A stretch of 64,000 nt of DNA, taken from contig NC_043021.1 of the NCBI RefSeq assembly GCF_006345805.1, positions 2,418,001 through 2,482,000 on the forward strand. Direction: 5' to 3'. Origin of the DNA: Octopus sinensis. Its lineage: Eukaryota. This document shows, piece after piece, positions 1 to 12,082 of the stretch (its first letter is position 1; each line of letters opens with the position of its first letter). A program made the position numbers and the translations under genes. Under the pieces are notes generated by a model. The model saw only the letters and a program-made list of their open reading frames with translations. It made no database searches and was not told the DNA's origin.

Positions 1-104
1 CACATACACACACACACACAAACGTATATACATGCATCTATGTATATAATTACTTACATACACACACTCACATACACACACATATATGTATTTATACATA
101 CATC

Positions 105-170
<66 letters not shown>

Positions 171-1084
171 TGTATGTATATGTATGTATGTATATGTTTG
201 AATAAGTGGATGGGTATACACACACATACACACACACACACATATACATACACAAACATATATGTTTGCGTGTATATTTCGGCTTTTACATAAATATACA
301 CAATTATATATCTATATGTGTGTCTGTGAGTGAGTACGCGTGCGCATAAACACACATACACACACATATATTTATATGTTTATGTACGTATATTATATTT
401 TCTATACCAATAATGTGCAAAAGAAAAAACGTGAGGAAGTCTCCTGACAGACCGTTTCTTCGTTTGTTCACCACTCCTAAAAACAAAAATACCAGCTTCC
501 TTCCTCAGTCAACGGCACAGATCAGCTCCTATGTACAGCAATCACAACTTAAGCTGCCATTCTAAGGGATAGACTTATTTACATATGTGAATTTGACGTT
601 TCGTCACTTATTTTAACAATATCTTCTTTATTTGCGCCAAAGACATCATAATTCGGAAGAACTGAAATACATTTACGTATTATAAAACCCTGGTGTGAGT
701 GTAGTAAGAATGGAAACACATTTTTTCTATGTTGTTGATACGCAGAAAAGGTGGTGGTGGGGGGGAGTCTCTTGAAGGGGCGTTTCGCAGGTAGTTAACC
801 TCTCTTCAGAGAAGACTCCCTGTCCACAATCAATAGCATATATCTATTACTTTATTAAATCCTGTTGCTGTTACAATGGTAGAGTTTCTATTTCCAAGTG
901 AATATGGAGGCCACTCTGTCGGGTATGACCCATGGAATGCTGAGGAAGTCGTTTCTTTGGTCATGGAGCTTTCAGGTGATGCAGGACGGGGAGATGGAGT
1001 TTTCTTTACCCCTACGCCCGAAGGACTACATATATTGCTTGAATATTTCCTAAAATTCAAAATCCTTTGTTGCTATGGATGGAA

Positions 1085-1440
1085 GCACTCCGTCGGTTAC
1101 GACGATGAGGGTTCCGGTTGATCCGAAATTAACGTGCAAGTGGCTGAGCACTCCACAGACACGTGCACCCTTAACGTAGTTCTCGGGGATATTCAGCGTG
1201 ACACAGAGAGTGACAAGGCCGGCCCTTTGAAATACAGGTACAACAGAAACAGGAAGTAAGAGTGAGAGAAAGTTGTGGTGAAAGAGTACAGCAGGGATCA
1301 CCACCATCCCCTGCCGGAGCCTCGTAGAGCTTTTAGGTGTTTTCGCTCAATAAACACTCACAACGCCCGGTCTGGGAATCGAAACCGCGATCCTATGACC
1401 GCGAGTCCGCTGTCCTAACCACTGGGCCATTGCGCCTCCA
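1085..1440 (-). mobile_element. tRNA-headed SINE, family 1 (head GGAGGCGCAATGGCCCAGTGGTTAGG)
   Basis: A-box/B-box-like head; the same head and body recur at 30105-30390 (+), 31790-32045 (+, headless) and 39753-40062 (+). Confidence 0.8.
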
Positions 1441-2113
1441 CGCTTTGTTGCTATACCAACAAGGAAACGGTACACTACAAAAACACATATTTAGCGGGAA
1501 TATTCAGCAATCATCCGATATCACGATTCGCTAGATTGTTGCCCACGTGATCGACAAAATCTAACCGATCGTGACTTCGCGTCGAATAGGCTCAAAGCAT
1601 TGACTTTTTTTTCTTTTAGCGCGCTTCTTTCTGAGCTTATCGTCATGAACACTACACAGAGATCTTTGGTAGACGGAAACTAGAAGCCCATCGTGTGTGT
1701 GTGTGTGTGTGTGTCTATCTGTCTGTGCGCATGCGTGCATGTTTGTCTTTGTGTCTGTATTTGTCCCCCATCACCGCTTGACAATCGGTGTTGACGTATT
1801 TACGTTCCCGTAAATTAGCGGTTCGGCAAAAAGAGGTTGAAAAAAATAATTACCAGGCTAAAAAAAAATAATAATAAGTTCAAAGATCGATTCATTCGAC
1901 TAAAATTCTTCAAAGCGGTGCCCCAGCATGGCCGCAGTCTTATGACTGAAACAAATATAAAATAAAAGATTAAAGATTAAGTTCCGACCTGATTGTAACC
2001 AATGCCATCTGAAAGGTATTTGCAAAAAATTCCATTAAAAGTTACCCATTTTTCTAAAATTTACAAGACATGATCGAGACGTAGAGAGAGTACACTTCTG
2101 TACTTATACCCAA

Positions 2114-2497
2114 CTAGCAGTATCGCCCGGCGTTGCTCGGGTTTGTAAGGGAAATAACTATAAGGCATTTTTAGAGAGTTATAGCCAAAAAATAGCAAAA
2201 AAATGGGGAAAAAATTATGGTAAATTTTTTTTTGATAGTTAAAAAGGTCGAGTTGCGTCCCCTAGACCATCTGTGGTTTGTGTTTCTGATTGTCGACCCC
2301 ATGTCGAATTTATCGATGTTTTCAGAACTGGGGGAACTTTTCAAAATTTTCGCTGCGTTAGTTTTGAATTATGACATTGGGCTATGTGTGTGTCAAGTTT
2401 CATCAGAATCGGTTGAAAGCCGTGGTCAGGGTGAGGGTACAACCTAACAGACACACAGACATGCACACAGACAAACTGCCGTTTATATAGAGAGAGA
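2114..2497 (-). mobile_element. Non-autonomous Helitron-like element
   Basis: On the minus strand: A|TC 5' end, subterminal GC hairpin CCCGAGCAACGCCGGG, CTAG|T 3' end, no TSD. Confidence 0.75.
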
Positions 2498-3045
2498 TTG
2501 ACGTAAGTCAGTTAGAACCATATTTCTTCTTTAGTTTTCTATTTCCTCAAAAACAGCCAACAAATATTAAAGGGTACCGCAATCAACATAATTTGGTTAA
2601 CGCAGAATAAAACTTACAATTAGTAGAAAGTAGCGTTTGGGCAACCTTTATATTTCAAGATGTATAAAACCGATGTTCAACAACCCCCGTAGTCAATTAA
2701 AATATTGCATTAAATAATATTCCTGATTCACGCATGTACTTGAAATATTCAATGATAAAAGAATCCTTAAAACCGCATTTTGATAAAAAAAAATTTTTTT
2801 TTAATTATTAAAACTGGAATTTATAAAATTTTTCTTTCTAGACTTTCATAATTACTTTATTTTAGAAACATTGCATAATTCCAGCTAATTAGTAAGCAGC
2901 TTTCTCCGTTATACTATATATGCACACACATACACGCACACACACACAAGCACGCACAAACACACACACGAGGGGCGGGGGCTGAAAAGTTCCTGGCTTT
3001 GGGTAAAAGAAAATACAGGAGAATCAGTAATGATTTTATTCAACA

Positions 3046-3558
3046 CTAGCAGTATCGCCCGGCGTTGCTCGGGTTTGTAAGGGAAATAACTATATAAGCA
3101 TTTTTAGAGAGTTACTTCCCTTATAGATGCCAATTCGGGCTTTCTTAGCCATTTCTGTTTTGGTGTCTTCAAGCCATGAAGTCGTTGTTCTAAAAGAACG
3201 CTGGTCTCCTTGACAACGCTTTACGACGTTTATTTCCTTACACTCCCTTCCCCACAGCTTCACGAGGGAGGGAAGAAGGGGGAGAAGCAAACAGGTGCAG
3301 GTGTGACCATGGACGCCAACTCCGCCGCCATCGACACACGAAAAATTATGCATTAAAATGGAATAAAAAATGATGTTAAATTATTTTTAAAATCGTAGAC
3401 TCATCGTAGACGCGCGCTAATACCCAGAAGGGCTCGATATGAATCACGACTATAAGATACCCGAATTTGGTTAAACTGCACCGCAAAATGTGGGAGTAGT
3501 TAGGAATCTAAATCTAAGGGGACAGACACTCACACAACTACAGTTTTATATATATAGA
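3046..3558 (-). mobile_element. Non-autonomous Helitron-like element
   Basis: Same TC...hairpin-CTAG termini in an A|T site; the 3' 60 bp are nearly identical to the 2114 copy. Confidence 0.75.
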
Positions 3559-4035
3559 TATTCCTCTCTCGGATTCACACACTTATTGCAGTGGTCCTTC
3601 GTTTTTTCTAAGCCCCTATAAAAGAACTTGGAAGGTTGGCCCTCCAACTAGGCCTTTCACGATACCCTTAAGGAACTTTTCAGCACCGCCTTGTATGTTG
3701 GTTAGATATTATTTCTTATTCTACCAGGGGGCCCTAACAGTTGAGACGCCAAAATATATTTTAAGAATTGTAGAACAATTAATAATATCAAAATAGGTTA
3801 TTCAACGTTTGTCCCAGTGGCTTTGATGAAATGTACCATTCTAGCTCCAAAGAATGACATTAGACAGGAAATTCTTTTTCTACTCTGGGCACAAAGCCCT
3901 GAATTTTGGGGGAGAGGACCAGTCGATTAAATCGACCACAGTACGCAACTGCTACTTAATTTCTCGACCCCGAAAGGATGAAAGGCAAAGCTGACCTCGG
4001 CGGAATTTGAACTCAGAACGTTAGGACAGACGAAA

Positions 4036-4270
4036 TACCTATTTCTTTACTACCCACAAGGAGCTAAACACAGAGAGGACAAACAAGGACAGACAAACGG
4101 ATTAAGTCGATTATATCGACCCCAGGGCGTCACTGGTACTTAAATTATCGACTCCGAAAAGATGAAAGGCAAAGTCGACCTCGGCGGAATTTGAACTCAG
4201 AACGTAACGGCAGACGAAATACTGCTAAGGATTTCGCCCGGCGTGCTAACGGTTCTGCCAGATCGCCGCC
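4036..4270 (-). mobile_element. tRNA-headed SINE, family 2 (Meta-domain-like core GCCTTTCATCCTTTCGGGGTCGATAAATTAAGTACCAG)
   Basis: Head AAGGCGGCGAGCTGGCAGAAACG...GAGTTCAAATTCC. Further copies near 3870-4035, 8215-8610, 13125-13340, 20885-21110, 32880-33110, 37560-37790, 41905-42545, 46625-46975, 47283-47520, 52390-52525 and 59175-59375. Confidence 0.8.
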
Positions 4271-4458
4271 TTACATTAGACAGGAATTTATTGCTACCGT
4301 GATTCTACAGATTTCAGTCCACACCCGATCGTACGATTCTGTTCATACTATAGCCCTCTGCTCCACAACTTTTTTCCCTTACGGTACACATACGTAGTTC
4401 GGCATAAAAATCTACAGTGAAACACGTGTAAAGATGCTATTTGTAAATACATTTTGGT

Positions 4459-4637
4459 CAGTGCTCCGCAACCTTTTTTCACACGCGGTAGACTTATATT
4501 CTTTCCAAAATTCAGCAGCACACCTGAACTAGGAATATAACAAAAAGTATAGGGGAAAAATTATATTCAGGATGTGGCACACCTAGCATCGTCTCGTGGC
4601 ACACCAGTGTGCCACGGCATACCGTTGCGAAGCACTG
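4459..4637. mobile_element. Possible hAT (Charlie-like) MITE
   Basis: Imperfect TIR CAGTGCTCCGCAACC / GTTGCGAAGCACTG; no 8-bp TSD visible. Confidence 0.4.
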
Positions 4638-4655
4638 CTATAGTCAGAATCAATG

Positions 4656-5460
4656 ATGCTACCAAAAGAGTTTCTTAATTCTCTTCAGCCCAATGGTATT
4701 CCTTCTCAAAGTCTGCAACTAAAATTAGGAATGCCCATGATGATGCTACGAGATATAGATGGGGCCAAAACTCTGCGATGATTCAAGAATAATTGTCAAA
4801 ACTCTTATTCTTCATGTGATCAAACCCGCCATTATGATTTGTTGTACAAGAGAGAAGATTCTTTCATCACTTTCGTTCTCTGCATCACCCTCGTTCTCTG
4901 CATCCCATCAGATATGCTATTTCGATCCCAGCGCCTTCAGTATTTTTCACAACCACTGTCTATAACCATCAACAAATCTATAACCATAACCATCAACCAG
5001 TCTCAAAGATAGTCCCTCAGAGAGAATGGAGCTGAACTGGTAAGGTTATGCGAGTCTCTTGTCAGCTTTCTATGTTGTATCTCATCTTTTGGACTAAAAA
5101 TATACTTTTACGCCAAACTCGAAGAAATTTTATCAATTCAAGAAGTTTTCTTGCATAAAACCTATTTCTACTAAAACTACTTCTGTTAGAGACTAAAACA
5201 CATATGGAATATTTTCTGAAGTCACGAAATAAAAATTATCAATAAACACAATCTCAAAAGTTTAACACATCGCAGAAACCTGGAAAAGTTCAAACTTTAG
5301 ACATATTTCTGTATCACATGAGAAAACTATTAAATTCAACAAAAAAAAAAAGCTCTTGTACAAGTCACTAACAAAATTATGTGCATAACCAACGTGTGAT
5401 TCAAGTTTAACAAAAGAGGTAAACATATCCAATACTTGGGCAACGCCGGGTACCTCTACG
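4656..5460 (+). pseudogene. Helitron PIF1-like helicase relic ending in a Helitron-type 3' terminus
   Basis: Frameshifted translation MLPKEFLNSLQPNGIPSQSLQLKLGMPMMMLRD / LCDDSRIIVK resembles Helitron EFLNSL..G.P.H.L.LK.G.PIMLLRN..LCNGTRL.V; GGGCAACGCCGGG hairpin plus CTAC(G)T at 5438-5461. Confidence 0.65.
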
Positions 5461-5972
5461 TGTCGGTGCGTGTGTGCGTGTGTGTGCGTGCGCACATAAA
5501 TACATAGATGTAAGCATAAAAAGTATAGATATGTACACATGCCTATTATATATACTTATAAACTTATTTCTCTCTCGTTTTTTTTCGTTCTCTTTCCATT
5601 TTCCCCCACGTCCCTTTCTGTCGAAGAGCGTAGGCTCGAAACGTCAATGACTTTTCCATTCTTCCCAAGCGTCAAACTAATACTCATGCTTGTGGATTTA
5701 TTCGTAAATTCGTTTTATAGGCATAATGGTATATATGTGTAATATTCCAATATTCTTTGAGTAAAATCCAAAAGTCCAACAGAGTTTAATATGAGTCCAT
5801 GGATTTTACTCAAATGATATTGGAATATTATACATATATACCATTATGCCTATAAAACGGATTTATGAACTCAATACCCATACATATCTCACATCTATTT
5901 TCTTTCTTCCACCTCACTCTCTATTTTGTATCACATCTAAACTAACTATGACTTCATTTTTCCTCTCACACC

Positions 5973-6027
5973 GTCTCTGATGAAGGGATATTATTATTAA
6001 TTAATATCCTAGAAACAGCTGTAAGAC
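5973..6027 (+). ncRNA. Minimal type I hammerhead ribozyme motif (Penelope-like-element style)
   Basis: GTCT-CTGATGA-stem II (GGATATTA/TAATATCC)-GAAAC-AGCT-GTA-AGAC; palindromic ACAGCTGT helix III; predicted cleavage after 6023. Activity untested. Confidence 0.7.
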
Positions 6028-6074
6028 CTTCTATCTATAAATGGTCTAATATCTACACAGCCTTGGTCTTTTAT

Positions 6075-6101
6075 CTTATTACGCAAAAAATTCATATATA
6101 T

Positions 6102-6132
<31 letters not shown>

Positions 6133-6155
6133 GTATATATATATATATATATAAT

Positions 6156-6200
<45 letters not shown>

Positions 6201-6206
6201 GATATG

Positions 6207-6242
<36 letters not shown>

Positions 6243-6274
6243 TGTATATATATTATATATATATATATAGTATA

Positions 6275-6367
<93 letters not shown>

Positions 6368-6468
6368 ATATATATATATATATATAGATATGTATGTGTA
6401 TATATATATATAGATATGTATGTGTATATATATATGTATGTATATATATATATATATATGTATGTATA

Positions 6469-6520
<52 letters not shown>
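6075..6520. repeat. Long (TA)n/(TATG)n microsatellite
   Basis: Direct reading; similar tracts at 1-400, 16680-17000, 24150-24235 and 27310-27660. Confidence 0.95.
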
Positions 6521-6522
<2 letters not shown>

Positions 6523-6879
6523 CAAAAACAACTGCTCAAACAACAAAGGAAAATACAACAAAAAGAGACGAAAAAGAACTAAAATAACAAAAATAAGAAA
6601 GAAAAAAATCAGTGGGCCACAGTTTCTGTTGTTTTTTTTTCTTTTTTCTTTTGTGAAAAAACCTGATTTAATAAAGAAACCCCTCTTCTGTCCATCTCAG
6701 TTGATGAGTGAACATAGAGGAGTGGAGGGCAACATTGGAGAGGTAACATTCAAGAGAAAAACGGGGGTGGTAGTGGTATGGAGGAGGGATCCTATTGCAA
6801 CTACACTTAATAAACCTATCTCTTTCTCATCAGCTCAAAAATCCTTTAATTCTCCCAGAATCTTCTTCCTCCAACTTCC

Positions 6880-7120
6880 AGTAATGATTGTTATTATTAT
6901 CGTTATTATTATCATTATTATTATCATCATCATCATCATCATCGTCGTTGTTGTTGTTATTATTGTCATTATTGTTATTATTATTATTGTCGTTATAATC
7001 ATTTTAATATAATTATTGCTTTTATTATTGGTCATATTTTTATTATTGTTGTTGTTGTTGTTGTGATCGTCACTGCCATTATTGGTGTTGTTACCGTTGG
7101 TGGTAATGGTGGTGGTAATG

Positions 7121-7163
<43 letters not shown>

Positions 7164-7201
7164 CAGCAGCAGCGGCAGCAGTAGTAGTGGTAGTAGTAGT
7201 A

Positions 7202-7250
<49 letters not shown>

Positions 7251-7995
7251 TGTAGTAGTAGTAGTAGCAGTAGTAGTAGTAGTAGTAGTAGTAGTAGAAA
7301 AGAACTACTACTACTAATACTACTATTACTGCTAGAAATGAAAGGTGAAGAAACAAGCTCGTCCCTCCCTTTCTCCACCGCCCCCACCCCCACATCAACA
7401 GCACACACACACACACACACGCACACACATATACACACACACATACACGAGCGCATGCGCGTGCACATAGACATACAGACTAGGGTGATCGGTAATAAAG
7501 ATAGAAAAGTAGATAGCAGGGGAGGAGGAGGAGGAGGAGGAGGGTGAGGAGGAGGAGGAGGAGGAGGAGGAGGAAAAATGAAAATATGAAAGACTGTGGG
7601 GGTGGGGTGGGGGGAAGGCGAGGGGAGAGGATCTTTTTCTTTATTATTTATTTATTTTCTTTTTGCAATTGATGACAATTACAAATGATTATGGCTCTAA
7701 TTAATTATAAGAATTATAAGAATGAGAACTAATTAACTATAATTACAAAGGCAATCATCATCATCATCATCACCACTATCATCATCATCATCATCATCAT
7801 TGCAGTCGTCGTCGTCGTCATTATCATGATCAAAATTATCATCACCATCATCATTAACATCATCATCATCACCATCATCATCATCATTATCGCTGCCGCC
7901 ATCATATCGTCCTTGTCATCGCTGTCATCATCATTGTCGCCATCGCCATCACCATCACCACCATCACCATCACCATCATCATCATCATCAGCTTC
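6880..7995. repeat. Stack of trinucleotide and dinucleotide microsatellites (ATT, GTT, GTA, CA, GGA, CAT)
   Basis: Direct reading. Confidence 0.9.
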
Positions 7996-8627
7996 TCATT
8001 GTGCGTTATCGATCTACATCTGAAGCAGATGGATGATTGTAAGCAATTGAGCCAATTTAATCATCTTGCAAATCATAAAGGTGGGGGGGGGGAAAGCTAT
8101 GGAAGACCAGACGGTAATGATTGTCAAAAAAGAAATATTTAAACAAACAAACAAACAAAAATTAAATGCGATGAAAATATGTATGGTAGCATTGACAGGA
8201 AATAATAATAATAATAATAATTCTATTATAGGCACAAGGCCTGAAATTTTAGGGGAGGGGGCTAGTCGATTACATCGACACCAGTACACAGCTGGTATTT
8301 ATTTTATCGACCCCAAAAGGACAAAAGACAAAAATAATATATTTTACCCCAGTGTCACTTTGATGGCATGCACTGCTCTCTCACTCAATAATAATAATAA
8401 TAATAATAATGGTTTCAAATTTTGGCACAAGGTCAGTAAATTTGTGGGGAGGAGACTAGCCAATTATATCGACCCCAGTGCTCCACTGGTACTTAATTTA
8501 TCGACCCCAAAAGAATGAAAGGCAAAGTCGACCTCGGCAGAATTTGAACTTGGAACTTAAAGACGGACGAAATGCCGCGAAGCATTTCGTCCAGAATACT
8601 AAAGATTCTGCCAGCTGGCTGCCCTAA

Positions 8628-8965
8628 TCATCATCATCATCGTTTAACGTCCGTTTTCCATACTGGCATGGGTTCGACGGTTCTAGTGGGGTCTGGGAAG
8701 CCAGGAGGCTGCACTAGGCTCCAGTATGATCTAACGCCAACCACTCCGAGAGTGTAGTGGGTGCTTTTTACATGCCACCGGCACAGGAGCCAGAGGAGAC
8801 TGGCAACGGCCATGATCGGTTGGTGCTTTTTACGTGCCGCCGGCACGGAAGCCAGTCAAGGCGGCGCTGGCACCGGCCACCACCGGCACAGGGATCACAA
8901 CCACAATTTCGATTTGATTTTGATTTTGATGTACTTGACTTTATAGGTCTCCTCAAGCACAGCAT
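8628..8965 (-). mobile_element. RTE 3'-UTR-derived repeat (5'-truncated LINE or tail-derived element)
   Basis: Matches the 3' UTR of the RTE at 37890-38498; (GAT)n tail. Similar copies near 21300-21685, 21900-22265, 22572-22890, 26085-26880, 27690-28165, 29350-29970, 30885-31310, 33420-33768, 41668-41850, 44262-44490, 53095-53440 and 61777-62145. Confidence 0.8.
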
Positions 8966-9396
8966 GTCGCTGGAAATAATATTAATGATTTCTTTGCGGT
9001 GGTGCCCCAGCATGGCCGCAGCCTTCGGACTAAAACATTTTTAAGGATTTAACCACAAAGGGTTTACATTAAAAAAAGAACATTATGGCCAGCACAGGAC
9101 ATAGACAAAGTGGGGTTAGATGAAAGTCGTGCAAACCATGCATGAATGAAACAATAAAATTCCCCAAAAGAATGAGACCTCTTAGAACGCTCTTGGAAAC
9201 CCCAAAAATCCATGACAGTCCTGACTACCAGGGTAAGTACCCTCTAGACTTTGTCTACAGGTGCATGCTTAGAGTAGGCCCATTCACTCGGGTCATTCTT
9301 GCAACATTCACAGAACCCTTTAACAAAATTGCTGGGGGCCATAATTTCCATCTCCGCCCTCACTTTCCTTTTCAAGTGAAATTTGAAAAAGTGGAT

Positions 9397-10290
9397 GAAG
9401 GGCATCATGGCGTTAGGAAGGGCATCATGGCGTTAGGAAGGGCATCCTGGCGTTAGGAAGGGCATCTTGGCGTAAGGAAGGGCATCCTGGCGTTAGGAAG
9501 GGCATCATGGCGTTAGGAAGGGCATCTTGGCGTTAGGAAGGGCATCCTGGCGTTAGGAAGAGCATCTTGGCGTTTGGAAGGGCATCCTGGCGTTAGGAAG
9601 GGCATCCTGGCGTTAGGAAGGGCATCCTGGCGTTAGGAAGGGCATCATGGCGTTAGGAAGGGCATCATGGCGTTAGGAAGGGCATCTTGGCGTAAGGAAG
9701 GGCATCCTGGCGTTAGGAAGGGCATCATGGCGTTAGGAAGGGCATCTTGGCGTTAGGAAGGGCATCATGGCGTTAGGAAAGGCATCTTGGCGTAAGGAAG
9801 GGCATCCTGGCGTTAGGAAGGGCATCATGGCGTTAGGAAGGGCATCTTGGCGTAAGGAAGGGCATCCTGGCGTTAGGAAGGGCATCCTGGCATAAGGAAG
9901 GGCATCCTGGCGTTAGGAAGGGCATCCTGGCGTTAGGAAGGGCATCATGGCGTTAGGAAGGGTATCATGGCGTTAGGAAGGGCATCCTGGCGTAAGGAAG
10001 GGCATCCTGGCGTTAGGAAGGGCATCATGGCGTTAGGAAGGGTATCATGGCGTTAGGAAGGGCATCCTGGCGTTAGGAAGGGCATCTTGGCGTAAGGAAG
10101 GGCAATCCTGGCGTTAGGAAGGGCATCCTGGCGTAAGGAAGGGCATCCTGGCGTTAGGAAGGGCATCTTGGCGTAAGGAAGGGCATCCTGGCGTTAGGAA
10201 GGGCATCATGGCATTAGGAAGGGCATCCTGGCGTAAGGAAGGGCATCCTGGCGTTAGGAAGAGCATCCTGGCATTAGGAAGGGCATCCAG
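9397..10290 (+). repeat. 20-bp minisatellite (GAAGGGCATCCTGGCGTTAG), about 44 copies
   Basis: Direct reading; the array runs straight into the remainder of an RTE 3' end (10280-10410). Confidence 0.95.
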
Positions 10291-11084
10291 CTGTAGAAAC
10301 TCTGCCAGATCACGATTGAAGCCTGGTGCAGCCATCTGGTTCGCCAGCCCTCAGTCATTCATCCAACCCAAGCTAGCATGGAAAGCGGACGTTAAACGAT
10401 GATGATGATGGATGAGAGTTTGTATCTGTCTTCATCCCTTTCAATCTGATCTACCACACAATGTCTCTCGCTAAGGCCACCAGGCAAAATAATAACCATT
10501 TACATCTGTTTTCCCGTGTCAGCATGGGTTAGATGGGCACCACAGCCTCTCACAGGGTTGTCATAGTTCTGCATCATCTCCAACACACATCGTCAGGAAA
10601 ACCAAACCCCATTTATACACTAGAGATGTTGCTTCCATCACTGTACATCGATCTTTTCTTAGATATTTTTTTTTTCCATTTTTTTGGCAAAGAGGGTATC
10701 AGGGATATTCCCTATCAGCTAAAAACCTTTCCACTATATAACAGTGAGAGTATTTAATTGAACCTTTTGAACTTTTACTTACTCTCATCTTTGGCCAACC
10801 ATTTTAAAGAATGGTCTGCATATGTGTTACTCTGCCACCAGCACCAGAGAAGGTGTCTCTGGCGGAAAAAAAAATAAGAAAAATAATATTAAGAACAAAG
10901 CCTTCTGTTATATAAATATTTATTTCAAATAAAATGGCACACACTCACACACACACACACACACATATATATACATAAGCTGTTCTATAGATATAGATAG
11001 ACAGATAGATAGATAGAGAGGAATCTTGCAACATATAGATTTATAAACTTGCAACATATAATTTATATATATATATATATATAT

Positions 11085-11295
11085 AGTTAATCCAAACATG
11101 AAAACACAAAGAGAAAACACAACAATGTGAGGACGTGGAACAAATATAGTATTATTGGACGCTCAGGAAGGAAGGGAAGAAGGAGGGATTAACGTTTCGA
11201 GCAGAGCTCTTCGTCAGAAACATAGGAAACGGAAGGATCCAAGGAAGGGAAGACGGAGGAAAAAAAATCGCCAACGATACACACGCGGTCACATA
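11085..11295 (-). mobile_element. ~210-bp element with hammerhead-like core, embedded in (TA)n
   Basis: Minus strand TTT-CTGACGA-A-GAGC/GCTC-GAAACG...CGTC; close copy at 23940-24150 flanked by (TA)n on both sides. Confidence 0.6.
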
Positions 11296-11592
11296 AATAT
11301 ATGATGGACTCTCCTGTCATTAGACGACGTATAAGGGTTTGACAATTTCTTACTGAACAGCCACACAGATGATTTGTTTATAGTGATCAAATGTCTGTGT
11401 AGACATCAGCTCACTCCCTCCATCAGATCGATATTACCTGTACAGGTGCAATGGGTGCCAAATGTCAGATGTCAAAATGTTCGCAGAACAACATGAAATA
11501 AAGTTGCTTTGCAACACCTGGTCTGGAAATCAAACCCACGATCTCGCAATCGTGAGTGCAACACCATAAACCACTAAGCCATGCACCTTCAC

Positions 11593-11642
<50 letters not shown>

Positions 11643-11644
<2 letters not shown>

Positions 11645-11855
11645 TCTTTTTACTTGTTTCAGTCATTTTGACTGCGGCCATGCTGGAGCACTGCCTTTAA
11701 TCGAGCAACTCAACCCCGGGACTTATTCTTTGTAAGCCCAGTACTTATTCTATCGGTCTCTTTTGCCGAACCGCTAAGTGACGGGGACATAAACACACCA
11801 GCATCAGTTGTCAAACAATGCTAGGGGGACAAACACAGACACACAAACATACACG

Positions 11856-11911
<56 letters not shown>

Positions 11912-12082
11912 CATATATACGACGGGCTTCTCTCAGTTTCCGTCTACCAAATCCACTCACAAGGCTTTGGTCGGCCCGAGGCTATAGTAGAAGACACCCG
12001 CCCAAGATGCCATGCAGTGGGACTGAACCCGGAAGCATGTGGTTGGTAAACAAGCTACTTACCACACAGCCACTCCTGTGCC
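11643..12082 (-). mobile_element. tRNA-headed SINE, family 3 (CORE-like) with internal (TA)/(TG) microsatellite
   Basis: Head GGCGCAGGAGTGGCTGTGTGG...GGTTCAGTCCC, tail AAGTAAAAGAG. Copies at 15035-15380, 18801-19195, 23545-23930, 36870-37255, 51145-51525, 52577-52970, 57662-58035 and 63735-64000, plus many fragments. Confidence 0.85.

Noticed and set aside
54-8023. Many ORFs rich in YI, CV, poly-V, poly-T, poly-L or poly-H
   Set aside because: Translations of TA, CA and trinucleotide microsatellites; there are no splice or homology signals. The same applies at 13.8-15.3, 16.5-17.0, 24.7-26.2 and 27.1-27.7 kb.
9142-9231. + strand ORF ending in a GTAAGT donor
   Set aside because: Isolated signal with no partner exon or recognisable homology.
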